From positions 480,001 to 512,000 of the forward strand of contig NC_000964.3 in assembly GCF_000009045.1 (NCBI RefSeq): DNA of 32,000 nt. The letters are read 5' to 3'. The notes beneath the pieces were generated by a model. That model worked only from the letters and a program-made list of their open reading frames with translations. It was not told the origin of the DNA and ran no database searches. A program made the translations under genes and the position numbers. This document shows positions 24,689 through 32,000 of this stretch, in pieces (position 1 is the stretch's first letter; each line of letters opens with the position of its first letter). Source of the stretch: Bacillus subtilis subsp. subtilis str. 168 (GTDB taxonomy: Bacteria > Bacillota > Bacilli > Bacillales > Bacillaceae).

Positions 24689-25024
24689 TTGAGGAACTTT
24701 ATTACCGCTTTACCGATCGTATTGCTGCTTGGATTCTCATTTGTGTCATTCATGTTTCAGTTTGAACATCTTGTTTATTTCAGGCTCGCGCTTGGGTTGT
24801 TTTCTCTCGTGGGACTGTACATGATATATAAAATGAAGACGGGCATCCGCTATTTTATCATCTATCTGTATGCCAGCTGGATTGTGTTGGCCGCAGTGAC
24901 CGCTTTTGAAGAGCCGATTTTCTCAAGCTTTTTCTTTGGCGGCCTGGTGATGACGATGGGTTACCTGACATATATGCTGATTTATCTCGGCATGAAACAA
25001 GACCGGGATGCAAATCCTGTGTAA
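24689..25024 (+). CDS. ydbL: Small membrane protein (3-4 TM helices), last gene of the ydbJKL cluster
   Basis: 111 aa from TTG 24689, 6 nt after GGAGGTG. The longer ORF-track start at 24644 has no SD. Confidence 0.7.
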   Translation: MRNFITALPIVLLLGFSFVSFMFQFEHLVYFRLALGLFSLVGLYMIYKMKTGIRYFIIYLYASWIVLAAVTAFEEPIFSSFFFGGLVMTMGYLTYMLIYLGMKQDRDANPV

Positions 25025-25027
25025 TCG

Positions 25028-25057
25028 CGCTGTTCCCTTGGGGAACGGCGTGTTTTT
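25028..25057 (+). terminator. ydbJKL terminator
   Basis: 10-bp stem (25028-25037 with 25041-25050, one G-U pair), followed by TGTTTTT. Confidence 0.8.
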
Positions 25058-25081
25058 CTATACTGGGCAAAAGGTTAACAG

Positions 25082-25110
25082 TTGCGGAAAAATGGCAGGA
25101 AATCTATAAT
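25082..25110 (+). promoter_or_regulatory. Sigma-A type promoter of ydbM
   Basis: TTGCGG (25082-25087), 17-nt spacer, TATAAT (25105-25110). Confidence 0.55.
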
Positions 25111-25151
25111 ACATATTAAATTTATCGGAATTAAAACTGGGGGGCTGCCGG

Positions 25152-26297
25152 ATGTCATTATTTATACAAAACGATCAACAGCGGCAATGGATGGAGAAAA
25201 TCGGACGGATTGCGGATGAATTTCAGCAAACAGCTGCTGAAGATGACGAACAGGGACGTTTTCCTGCAGAGAAAATACAAAAACTGCGTGATGCTGGGTA
25301 TACAGCATTAACATTGCCGGCATCTCATGGCGGAGGGGGCATTTCTGTTTACGATATGCTCTTGTTTCAAGAACGGCTTGCACGGGGAGATGCTCCGACG
25401 GCTCTTAGCATCGGCTGGCATTTGAGCGTGATCGGGGAGCTTGGAGAAGGCAACAGCTGGGATGAAGACGTATTTGCATTTGTTGCCAAGGAAGTCCAAA
25501 ACGGAGCCGTCATTAACAGGGCGGCGACTGAAGCGAAAACCGGAAGCCCGACAAGAGGAGGGCGTCCCGGTACACACGCCGTCAAAAAGGATGGCAAATG
25601 GGCAGTGAACGGGAGAAAAACCTTTACGACGATGTCACAAGCTCTGGATTATTTTTTAGTAACCGCATGGATTGAGGACAAACAAACAACAGGCGTGTTT
25701 CTCATTCATAAAGATGATCCCGGCTTGTCGATTGAAGAAACGTGGGATATGATGGCGATGCGGGCGACTGGGAGCCATGACCTTGTACTGAACGAAGTAA
25801 TGCTTGATGAGAATAAGCTGGTGGAACTGCTTCAAGGGCCTCGTGGAGCTAAGCCGAATGGCTGGCTGCTTCACATTCCTGCGATTTATCTTGGTGTGGC
25901 TCAAGCTGCTCGTGACTATGCAGTGCAATTTGCATCTGAGTATTCTCCAAACAGCTTGAATGGACCGATCAAGAATGTCCCGGCCGTACAGCAAAGAACA
26001 GGCGAAATGGAGCTTGAACTGCTCAATGCCAGACACTTTCTTTTCCATATCGCTCAATTGTATGACGATCCGGTGCGGCGTCCACACTTGACCAGCGAGC
26101 TCGGTGCGGCGAAACATATCGTCACAAACGCTGCGCTGTCTGTTGTTGATAAAGCGATGAGAATTGTCGGGGCCAAAAGCCTGGAACGAACCAACCCGCT
26201 TCAGCGCTATTACCGTGATGTGCGCGCCGGTCTTCACAACCCGCCGATGGATGACGCCGTGATACACAAGCTGGCAGCTGAAGCGTTTGAGTCATAA
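25152..26297 (+). CDS. ydbM: Acyl-CoA dehydrogenase-family flavoprotein
   Basis: 381-aa ORF with the ACAD three-domain layout (N-terminal helical, central beta-barrel, C-terminal helical domain with YRDVR). Confidence 0.88.
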   Translation: MSLFIQNDQQRQWMEKIGRIADEFQQTAAEDDEQGRFPAEKIQKLRDAGYTALTLPASHGGGGISVYDMLLFQERLARGDAPTALSIGWHLSVIGELGEGNSWDEDVFAFVAKEVQNGAVINRAATEAKTGSPTRGGRPGTHAVKKDGKWAVNGRKTFTTMSQALDYFLVTAWIEDKQTTGVFLIHKDDPGLSIEETWDMMAMRATGSHDLVLNEVMLDENKLVELLQGPRGAKPNGWLLHIPAIYLGVAQAARDYAVQFASEYSPNSLNGPIKNVPAVQQRTGEMELELLNARHFLFHIAQLYDDPVRRPHLTSELGAAKHIVTNAALSVVDKAMRIVGAKSLERTNPLQRYYRDVRAGLHNPPMDDAVIHKLAAEAFES

Positions 26298-26324
26298 AAA
26301 AAAGAGCCTTACCGGCTCTTTTTA
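26296..26324. terminator. Bidirectional terminator shared by ydbM and fbpAB
   Basis: A8, then stem aagagcc/ggctctt with a 5-nt loop, then T5. The fbpB stop codon (26322-26324) runs directly into it on the minus strand. Confidence 0.85.
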
Positions 26325-26468
26325 TGTATTGTTTTGCTCTTGCAGATTTTTTTGATGCTTGCGGTCGATCCTGTCATAAATAACGTTCATCAGCTTTGGA
26401 TTGCCCATAATCGCCTCTTTGTTTTCCTGGATCAGCTGTTGGTAAGTTTTCACTTTACGCTTCGGCAT
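26322..26468 (-). CDS. fbpB: Fur-regulated basic protein B (48 aa)
   Basis: Not in the ORF track because it is under 60 aa. Hand translation of the minus strand gives MPKRKVKTYQQLIQENKEAIMGNPKLMNVIYDRIDRKHQKNLQEQNNT. AGGAGG lies 9 nt upstream of the ATG. The ATG lies inside the last codons of fbpA (ATGCCGAAGCGTAA overlap). Confidence 0.8.
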   Translation of the reverse strand: MPKRKVKTYQQLIQENKEAIMGNPKLMNVIYDRIDRKHQKNLQEQNNT

Positions 26469-26619
26469 GCTCCGGCGCCCTCCTGACATGTTTGTATTCA
26501 CTTTCTAACTCCGTCAGCGACAATTCATACAGATGACGCTTTGACTTTTTGTATATACCATTCTGTATTAACAGATGAATGAGCTGTTTTTTTCTGATTT
26601 CTGCAGACTGAGGTGTCAT
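26455..26619 (-). CDS. fbpA: Fur-regulated basic protein A (formerly YdbN)
   Basis: Small, very basic ORF. I favour ATG 26619 (54 aa), preceded by GGAGGTTGGTGA. The ORF-track TTG at 26637 (60 aa) has no SD and would sit inside the 5' leader. Confidence 0.75.
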   Translation of the reverse strand: MTPQSAEIRKKQLIHLLIQNGIYKKSKRHLYELSLTELESEYKHVRRAPEHAEA

Positions 26620-26646
26620 TGTGTCACCAACCTCCAATCAAACGAT

Positions 26647-26665
26647 ATTGATAATCATTATCAAT
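26647..26665. promoter_or_regulatory. Fur box
   Basis: ATTGATAATCATTATCAAT is a perfect 9-1-9 inverted repeat identical to the classical Fur operator core. It lies immediately downstream of the fbpA -10. Confidence 0.9.
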
Positions 26666-26672
26666 TAACTTC

Positions 26673-26701
26673 AGTATACAATGTCCGCAATAGCCTGTAA
26701 A
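26673..26701 (-). promoter_or_regulatory. Sigma-A promoter of fbpAB
   Basis: Minus strand: TTTACA (26701-26696), 17-nt spacer, TATACT (26678-26673). Confidence 0.7.
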
Positions 26702-26865
26702 GATGAAAAGAGTCCTATTCTTGGCCAATTTACAAACATTCAACAAATCGACAAAAAGTTTCCCGGGCAATAATTTGCTGTCGAAATATTCCGCTTCATT
26801 GAACGCACCCTGCTATTTTTCATGTTTTGAACCATACTATGTAATAGAATGGAGGCTGGTATTCA

Positions 26866-27738
26866 ATGGAGCGGACAGAAAATCTGAAAAAGGGAGAAAA
26901 AGGGGCGCTCCTCAATATTTTTGCATATGTCATCCTTGCTGTTGTAAAGCTAGTTATCGGGATTCTATATCATTCTGAAGCGCTGAGAGCAGACGGGTTA
27001 AATAATGGAACAGATATTGTTGCGTCAGTAGCAGTGCTGATAGGATTGCGGATTTCTCAAAGACCGGCTGACAGCGATCATCCATACGGCCATTATCGGG
27101 CTGAAACAATTTCGTCTCTTGTTGCGTCTTTTATTATGATGGCAGTCGGCATTGAAGTGTTAATCGGCGGAGGAAAAGCGATTGCGGGCGGCACAACGGA
27201 AACGCCAAATCTTATCGCGGCATGGACGGCGTTAGGCAGTGCTGTGTTTATGTATGGCATCTATTTATATAACAAAAGGCTGGCAGCGTCCATTAAAAGC
27301 TCTGCCCTGATGGCAGCGGCAAAGGACAGCAGGTCAGACGCTTTTGTAAGTGCCGGCGCGTTTATCGGTGTTTTTTCGTCCCAGCTGAAGCTGCCGTGGG
27401 TTGATCCGGTAACGGCTTTTATCATCGGCATCATCATTTGCAAAACTGCGTGGGATATCTTTAAAGACGCTTCACATTCCTTAACAGACGGCTTCCATTT
27501 AAAAGATCTTGAGCCTTACAAACAGACCGTCGGCAGGATCGAAAATGTGCATCGCCTAAAGGATGTGAAAGCGAGGTATTTAGGCAGTACAGTTCATATC
27601 GAGATGGTGATTACGGTTGATCCGAAGCTTACAGTAGAAGAAGGCCATGGAGTGGCGGATGAAGTAGAAGACAAAATAAAACATGAACACGATGTCACTC
27701 ATGTTCATGTTCATGTAGAGCCTGACGACATAAAATAA
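26866..27738 (+). CDS. ydbO: Cation diffusion facilitator (CDF) family divalent-metal efflux protein
   Basis: 290 aa with SD GGAGG. Six TM helices with the CDF HxxxD/DxxxD-type site (HSEALRADGLNNGTD) and a C-terminal cytoplasmic domain with a His-rich tail (HEHDVTHVHVHVEPD). Confidence 0.88.
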   Translation: MERTENLKKGEKGALLNIFAYVILAVVKLVIGILYHSEALRADGLNNGTDIVASVAVLIGLRISQRPADSDHPYGHYRAETISSLVASFIMMAVGIEVLIGGGKAIAGGTTETPNLIAAWTALGSAVFMYGIYLYNKRLAASIKSSALMAAAKDSRSDAFVSAGAFIGVFSSQLKLPWVDPVTAFIIGIIICKTAWDIFKDASHSLTDGFHLKDLEPYKQTVGRIENVHRLKDVKARYLGSTVHIEMVITVDPKLTVEEGHGVADEVEDKIKHEHDVTHVHVHVEPDDIK

Positions 27739-27752
27739 GGCTGTTTAACGAA

Positions 27753-28073
27753 TTAGCTTATATGTTCAGATAAAAATTCAGTCACTTCTTCAGGCGTTTT
27801 GGCATTGGCGCTGTGAAGGTGAGCTGTTTTTTCACCGTTCTTGAAAATAAGCAGGCTGGGAATGCCCATTACTTGGTATTTTTCAGCCAGGTCAGGAAGC
27901 TCGTCCTTATTCAGCTCATACCAGTCGTTTTGGTTGTATTCTTCCAAAATATCGCCGATGAACATATTCATGCGTGTGCAGTCTGGGCACCAATCAGCAT
28001 AAAACTTTACAATGATTTCTTTATCAGATTGAATCAGTTCATTAAATTGTTCGTTTGTTGTGATTTTTTTCAT
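27753..28073 (-). CDS. ydbP: Thioredoxin-like protein
   Basis: 106 aa with a WCPDC active-site motif in a thioredoxin-fold context (VKFYADWCPDCTRM ... GIPSLLIFKNG). Confidence 0.88.
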   Translation of the reverse strand: MKKITTNEQFNELIQSDKEIIVKFYADWCPDCTRMNMFIGDILEEYNQNDWYELNKDELPDLAEKYQVMGIPSLLIFKNGEKTAHLHSANAKTPEEVTEFLSEHIS

Positions 28074-28226
28074 ATGTCACATCTCCTTTTCAATGCCATT
28101 TTAATATAAAATAAAAAGGAATTACATACAAATGCATTCAACATCAGCATGCCCAAAAATAATTAGATCATTTTCCGGTGAAAATGATAAGATAGTAAAG
28201 ATGAATTGTAGTGGGGGGAGTATCCA

Positions 28227-29312
28227 TTGAAAACAAGTCTAGGATTAGTGTACGGAGGAAAGTCGGCAGAACATAATGTTTCCCTGCAGACAGCTCTGGC
28301 TGTAATCAAAGCGCTAAATACTGAGAAGTTTGATATACATCCGATTTATATAACAGAAAAAGGCGAATGGGTTAGAGGCGCCCGTTTAACTGAACCTGTT
28401 TCAAACGTGAAAATGCTTCAATTTGAGCAAGGAGGCAGTGCTTTTTCTCCAGCTGCCCTGAACCAGGAGATGTTTCCGCAGGAAGCGTCACAGCAAAATG
28501 AAGCCATCGACGTCGTATTCCCGCTCCTCCACGGACCGAACGGAGAAGACGGTACGATCCAGGGAATGCTCGAGCTGTTGAACATTCCTTATGTCGGCAA
28601 CGGAGTGCTTGCTTCCTCAGCTGGCATGGATAAAGTTGTCATGAAACATTTATTTGCGCAGGTTGGCCTTGCTCAGGCTAAATACGCAGCTTTCCTTAAG
28701 AAAGACTGGACTCGTTCTCCGAAAGAAAGCTGTGAGGAGGTTGAACAGGAATTAGGCTACCCTTGCTTCGTAAAACCGGCGAACCTCGGCTCAAGTGTCG
28801 GAATCAGCAAATGCCGAAACCGTGAAGAACTGCAAAAAGCGTTTGAGCTTGCTTTCCAATATGACCGCAAAGTCGTCGTTGAAGAAGGAATTAACGGCCG
28901 CGAGATCGAAATCGGCGTTCTTGGAAATGATGATCCTAAATGCTCTGTTGTGGGAGAAATCGCACCGAAGACAGATTTCTACGATTACAAAGCGAAATAT
29001 GAGGATGGAGATACTGATCTGATGATTCCGGCGATTGTGACTGATGAGGAATACGCAACAATCAGTGATATGGCGATCAAAGCGTTTAAAGCGATCGACG
29101 GTTCAGGACTCGTCAGAGCGGACTTTTTCCTGACAGCTGACGGCGAAGTTCTGATCAATGAAGTCAACACAATGCCTGGCTTTACACCTTTCAGCATGTT
29201 CCCGTTGCTCTGGAAAGAAGCCGGAGTGGAATATGCTGACCTGATTGAACAGCTTGTGGAGCTTGCAAAAGAACGCCACGCTGAAAAACAATTGATTAAG
29301 CATACATTCTAA
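28227..29312 (+). CDS. ddl: D-alanine--D-alanine ligase
   Basis: 361 aa, with a TTG start 6 nt after GGGGGGAG. The N-terminus [15 protein letters not shown] and the ATP-grasp motifs ([31 protein letters not shown]) are diagnostic. Confidence 0.93.
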
Positions 29313-29321
29313 TGAAGAAGG

Positions 29322-29351
29322 ACACTGCCGGTAAAAGGGCAGTGTTTTTTC
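29322..29351 (+). terminator. Intrinsic terminator/attenuator between ddl and murF
   Basis: 8-bp stem acactgcc (29322-29329) with ggcagtgt (29338-29345), 8-nt loop, then T6. Starts 10 nt after the ddl stop and ends 33 nt before the murF start. Confidence 0.7.
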
Positions 29352-29383
29352 CCGTATATACAAAAGAAAGAGAGGGACCTTAC

Positions 29384-30757
29384 TTGATTAAGCGAACAGT
29401 AAAAAACATTGCCGAAATGGTTAAAGGCACACTAGCAAATCCGCAATATGAACAAACAGTCATTCATGGAGTGGCAACCGATACAAGAAAACTGGAACAA
29501 CATCAGCTCTTTATTCCGCTGAAAGGGGAACGTTTTGACGGCCACTCTTTTGTGGAGCAGGCCTTTGAAGCTGGTGTAGCGGCTGTTCTTTGGGATCGGT
29601 CAGTACCAAATCCGCCCGAGAATCACGCCGTCATTTTAGTGGACGATACCCTTACTGCACTTCAGCAGCTTGCAAAAGCTTATTTGCAGGAGCTTGGCAC
29701 GCGTGTCATCGGAGTAACCGGAAGCAATGGCAAAACGACAACAAAAGATATGATTCACGCCGTATTGGGGACCCAGTACCGTGTCCACAAAACTGGAGGA
29801 AACTTCAATAATCATATCGGTTTGCCGCTGACGGTTTTAGCGATGCCTGAAAATACGGAGATCGCCGTATTGGAGATGGGAATGAGCGCCAAAGGAGAAA
29901 TTGACCTCTTGAGCCGACTGGCAAACCCGGATGCGGCAGTGATTACGAATATCGGCGAATCGCATATGCAAGACCTCGGCTCTAGAGAGGGCATCGCGGA
30001 GGCGAAGCTTGAAATCATAAACGGGCTTAAAGAAGACGGAGTGCTGATTTATATCGGGGACGAACCGCTTCTTCAAAATGCATACAGCTGCCAGACGAAA
30101 ACGTACGGTACGGGAACGCATAATGATTATCAGCTTCAGGATGTCAGCCAGAGTGAGGAAGGAACCCATTTTACAATCAAAGGGATAGAAAACACGTTTT
30201 TTATTCCAATACTCGGCAAGCACAATGTGATGAACGCCATGGCTGCAATTGCTGCAGGGGCTTATTTTGGCATCGCGCCTGAGGATGCGGCAAAAGGACT
30301 GAGCGGCCTAAAGGTAACCGGGATGAGGCTTGAACTCATCAAAACAGACAGCGGCCTTTCGATAATCAATGACGCTTATAATGCGAGCCCGACTTCCATG
30401 AAAGCTGCAATTCAATTGACAGAAAGCCTTGAAGGCTACGGCAAAAAAATGCTCGTGCTCGGTGATATGCTTGAACTCGGCGATCTTGAAGAAACGTTCC
30501 ATAAAGAGTGCGGCGCTGTGATCAGCCCTGATAAAATTGACCGCGTCTTTACGTACGGAAAACTGGGAGCTTTTATCGCGGAAGGCGCCCTGAAACACTT
30601 TGAGAAAGACCGCGTCAGCCATTACACTGAGAAAAAAGATCTCCTTCAAGCTGTGAAGGAAAACGCATCAAAAGGCGATTTGATTTTATTCAAAGCGTCC
30701 AGAGGTATGAAGCTTGAAGAAATCGTTAAAGATTTAATAGAGAGCCCGCTTTCATAA
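29384..30757 (+). CDS. murF: UDP-N-acetylmuramoyl-tripeptide--D-alanyl-D-alanine ligase
   Basis: 457 aa from TTG 29384, 7 nt after GAGGG. Mur ligase P-loop GVTGSNGKTTTK. The 24-codon N-terminal extension in the ORF track (from 29312) would read through the terminator hairpin. Confidence 0.92.
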   Translation: MIKRTVKNIAEMVKGTLANPQYEQTVIHGVATDTRKLEQHQLFIPLKGERFDGHSFVEQAFEAGVAAVLWDRSVPNPPENHAVILVDDTLTALQQLAKAYLQELGTRVIGVTGSNGKTTTKDMIHAVLGTQYRVHKTGGNFNNHIGLPLTVLAMPENTEIAVLEMGMSAKGEIDLLSRLANPDAAVITNIGESHMQDLGSREGIAEAKLEIINGLKEDGVLIYIGDEPLLQNAYSCQTKTYGTGTHNDYQLQDVSQSEEGTHFTIKGIENTFFIPILGKHNVMNAMAAIAAGAYFGIAPEDAAKGLSGLKVTGMRLELIKTDSGLSIINDAYNASPTSMKAAIQLTESLEGYGKKMLVLGDMLELGDLEETFHKECGAVISPDKIDRVFTYGKLGAFIAEGALKHFEKDRVSHYTEKKDLLQAVKENASKGDLILFKASRGMKLEEIVKDLIESPLS

Positions 30758-31005
30758 GAAAATATTTTGCGAAAAAACGCATATTGCATCATAAAATAAC
30801 CTGATATGCAAACACTAATGTATGCCGGCCGAAAATTATGTATATCTGGCCGGCTGCGGCTATGATACAATATATATAGGTTATTTCGCGATACGAACAT
30901 ATTCGTCCGGACTTTTCATCGTGACCCGAAGTTCTCCGCTGGATTCTTGGGAGCGGATGGAGCAGCAGCCGGCATATTCGAGATGCCGATCTGCTTCTCA
31001 TCTTA

Positions 31006-31034
31006 TTGAAAAACAAATAGTGTAATGGTAAGAT
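31006..31034 (+). promoter_or_regulatory. Sigma-A promoter (extended -10) for cshA
   Basis: TTGAAA (31006-31011), 17-nt spacer, TAAGAT (31029-31034), with TG at 31026-31027 giving TGgTAAGAT. Predicts a ~115-nt 5' UTR. Confidence 0.6.
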
Positions 31035-31156
31035 AAAACTTAAAGTAATTCGGGCTTTGTATACGGATGGATCCTGTCCTTCTTGTCTAAAGGGCAGTTT
31101 TATAAGTGGTAAATCACGACATTACTGAAACAGCAATTAGAAGGAGTTTGAATAAT

Positions 31157-32000
31157 TTGACTATAACGTTTCAAGATTTTAATTTAAGTTCTGATCTCAT
31201 GAAAGCAATTAATCGTATGGGATTTGAAGAAGCAACACCGATTCAGGCACAAACGATACCGCTCGGACTTTCAAATAAAGACGTCATTGGACAAGCGCAA
31301 ACAGGTACAGGTAAAACAGCTGCGTTTGGTATACCCCTTGTTGAAAAAATTAACCCCGAGTCTCCTAATATTCAAGCAATCGTAATCGCGCCAACCCGTG
31401 AATTAGCCATTCAAGTATCTGAAGAATTGTATAAAATCGGACAAGATAAACGTGCGAAGGTTCTTCCTATTTACGGCGGACAGGATATTGGACGGCAAAT
31501 CCGGGCGTTAAAGAAGAATCCGAATATTATTGTCGGAACACCTGGACGTCTTCTTGACCACATCAACCGCCGCACCATTCGTTTAAACAATGTAAATACC
31601 GTTGTAATGGATGAAGCGGATGAAATGCTGAACATGGGATTCATTGACGATATTGAATCTATCCTTTCAAACGTGCCAAGCGAGCATCAGACACTTCTGT
31701 TCTCTGCCACAATGCCTGCGCCGATCAAACGCATTGCAGAGCGCTTCATGACTGAGCCGGAACACGTAAAAGTAAAAGCGAAAGAAATGACGGTTTCTAA
31801 CATTCAGCAGTTCTATTTGGAAGTGCAAGAACGTAAAAAATTCGATACACTGACTCGCCTTCTTGATATTCAGTCTCCTGAGCTTGCGATCGTATTCGGA
31901 CGTACAAAACGCCGTGTCGATGAGCTGGCTGAAGCTCTGAACCTTCGCGGATATGCAGCTGAAGGTATTCACGGTGACTTAACGCAGGCGAAACGTATGG
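31157..32000 (+). CDS. cshA: DEAD-box RNA helicase CshA, N-terminal ~281 codons (truncated by the window end)
   Basis: Not in the ORF track because no stop lies within the window. TTG 31157 follows AAGGAG (31141-31146). Translation reads [30 protein letters not shown]..., with the Q motif, motif I AQTGTGKT, Ia PTRELA, Ib TPGRL, II DEAD (VMDEADEM) and III SAT. Confidence 0.9.
   Translation, partial: MTITFQDFNLSSDLMKAINRMGFEEATPIQAQTIPLGLSNKDVIGQAQTGTGKTAAFGIPLVEKINPESPNIQAIVIAPTRELAIQVSEELYKIGQDKRAKVLPIYGGQDIGRQIRALKKNPNIIVGTPGRLLDHINRRTIRLNNVNTVVMDEADEMLNMGFIDDIESILSNVPSEHQTLLFSATMPAPIKRIAERFMTEPEHVKVKAKEMTVSNIQQFYLEVQERKKFDTLTRLLDIQSPELAIVFGRTKRRVDELAEALNLRGYAAEGIHGDLTQAKRM

Noticed and set aside
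26703-26978. 91-aa ORF overlapping the ydbO start region
   Set aside because: It has no SD, is out of frame with ydbO, and covers the fbpAB/ydbO divergent promoter region.
29312-29383. 24-codon N-terminal extension of murF starting at the ATG that overlaps the ddl stop
   Set aside because: The extension would be translated through a terminator hairpin and T6 tract and has no SD. TTG 29384 has a GAGGG SD at 7 nt and gives the expected 457-aa MurF beginning (M)IKRTVKNIAEM.
30646-31025. ORFs 30646..30900-, 30789..31016- and 30822..31025+ in the murF-cshA spacer
   Set aside because: None has an SD. All three cross the hairpins described in the murF-cshA finding, and their composition is unremarkable. 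I consider the spacer non-coding.

Overview
I recognise this window from the protein sequences and gene order (memory, no search run) as a core chromosomal segment of a Bacillus subtilis 168-like genome, running ydaK to cshA. It is densely coded, with 31 protein genes, one of them truncated at the right edge. I saw no rRNA, tRNA, CRISPR, transposase or prophage genes.

Gene content, left to right:
- ydaKLMN: the distal four genes of a c-di-GMP-gated exopolysaccharide synthase operon.
- The ydaO-class c-di-AMP riboswitch, followed by the K+ importer gene kimA, then mutT.
- A run of sigma-B general-stress genes (ydaP, ydaT-ydaS, gsiB, ydbD), interleaved with ydaQ, the Mn importer mntH with its MntR operator, ydbA and ydbB-ydbC.
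- dctB/dctS/dctR/dctP: the C4-dicarboxylate sensing and uptake module.
- ydbI, then the uncharacterised ABC module ydbJKL, then ydbM.
- The Fur-regulated small basic protein pair fbpA/fbpB. fbpB is 48 aa and absent from the supplied ORF track.
- ydbO (CDF transporter) and ydbP (thioredoxin-like).
- The cell-wall genes ddl and murF, and the 5' part of the DEAD-box helicase gene cshA.

Nothing here looks horizontally acquired. Items most worth a second look:
1. The ydaKLMN machine, whose polymer is still undefined as far as I know.
2. A roughly 52% G+C, 276-nt non-coding stretch between ydbI and ydbJ. It ends in a strong terminator that has a promoter embedded in it.
3. An 80-nt composite inverted repeat that fills the dctB/ydbD spacer and covers the ydbD ribosome-binding site.
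4. A canonical terminator between ddl and murF.
5. A structured 250-nt region between murF and the cshA promoter.
6. The overlapping fbpA/fbpB small ORFs behind a perfect Fur box.

All start-codon refinements, promoters and hairpins were worked out by hand from the sequence.
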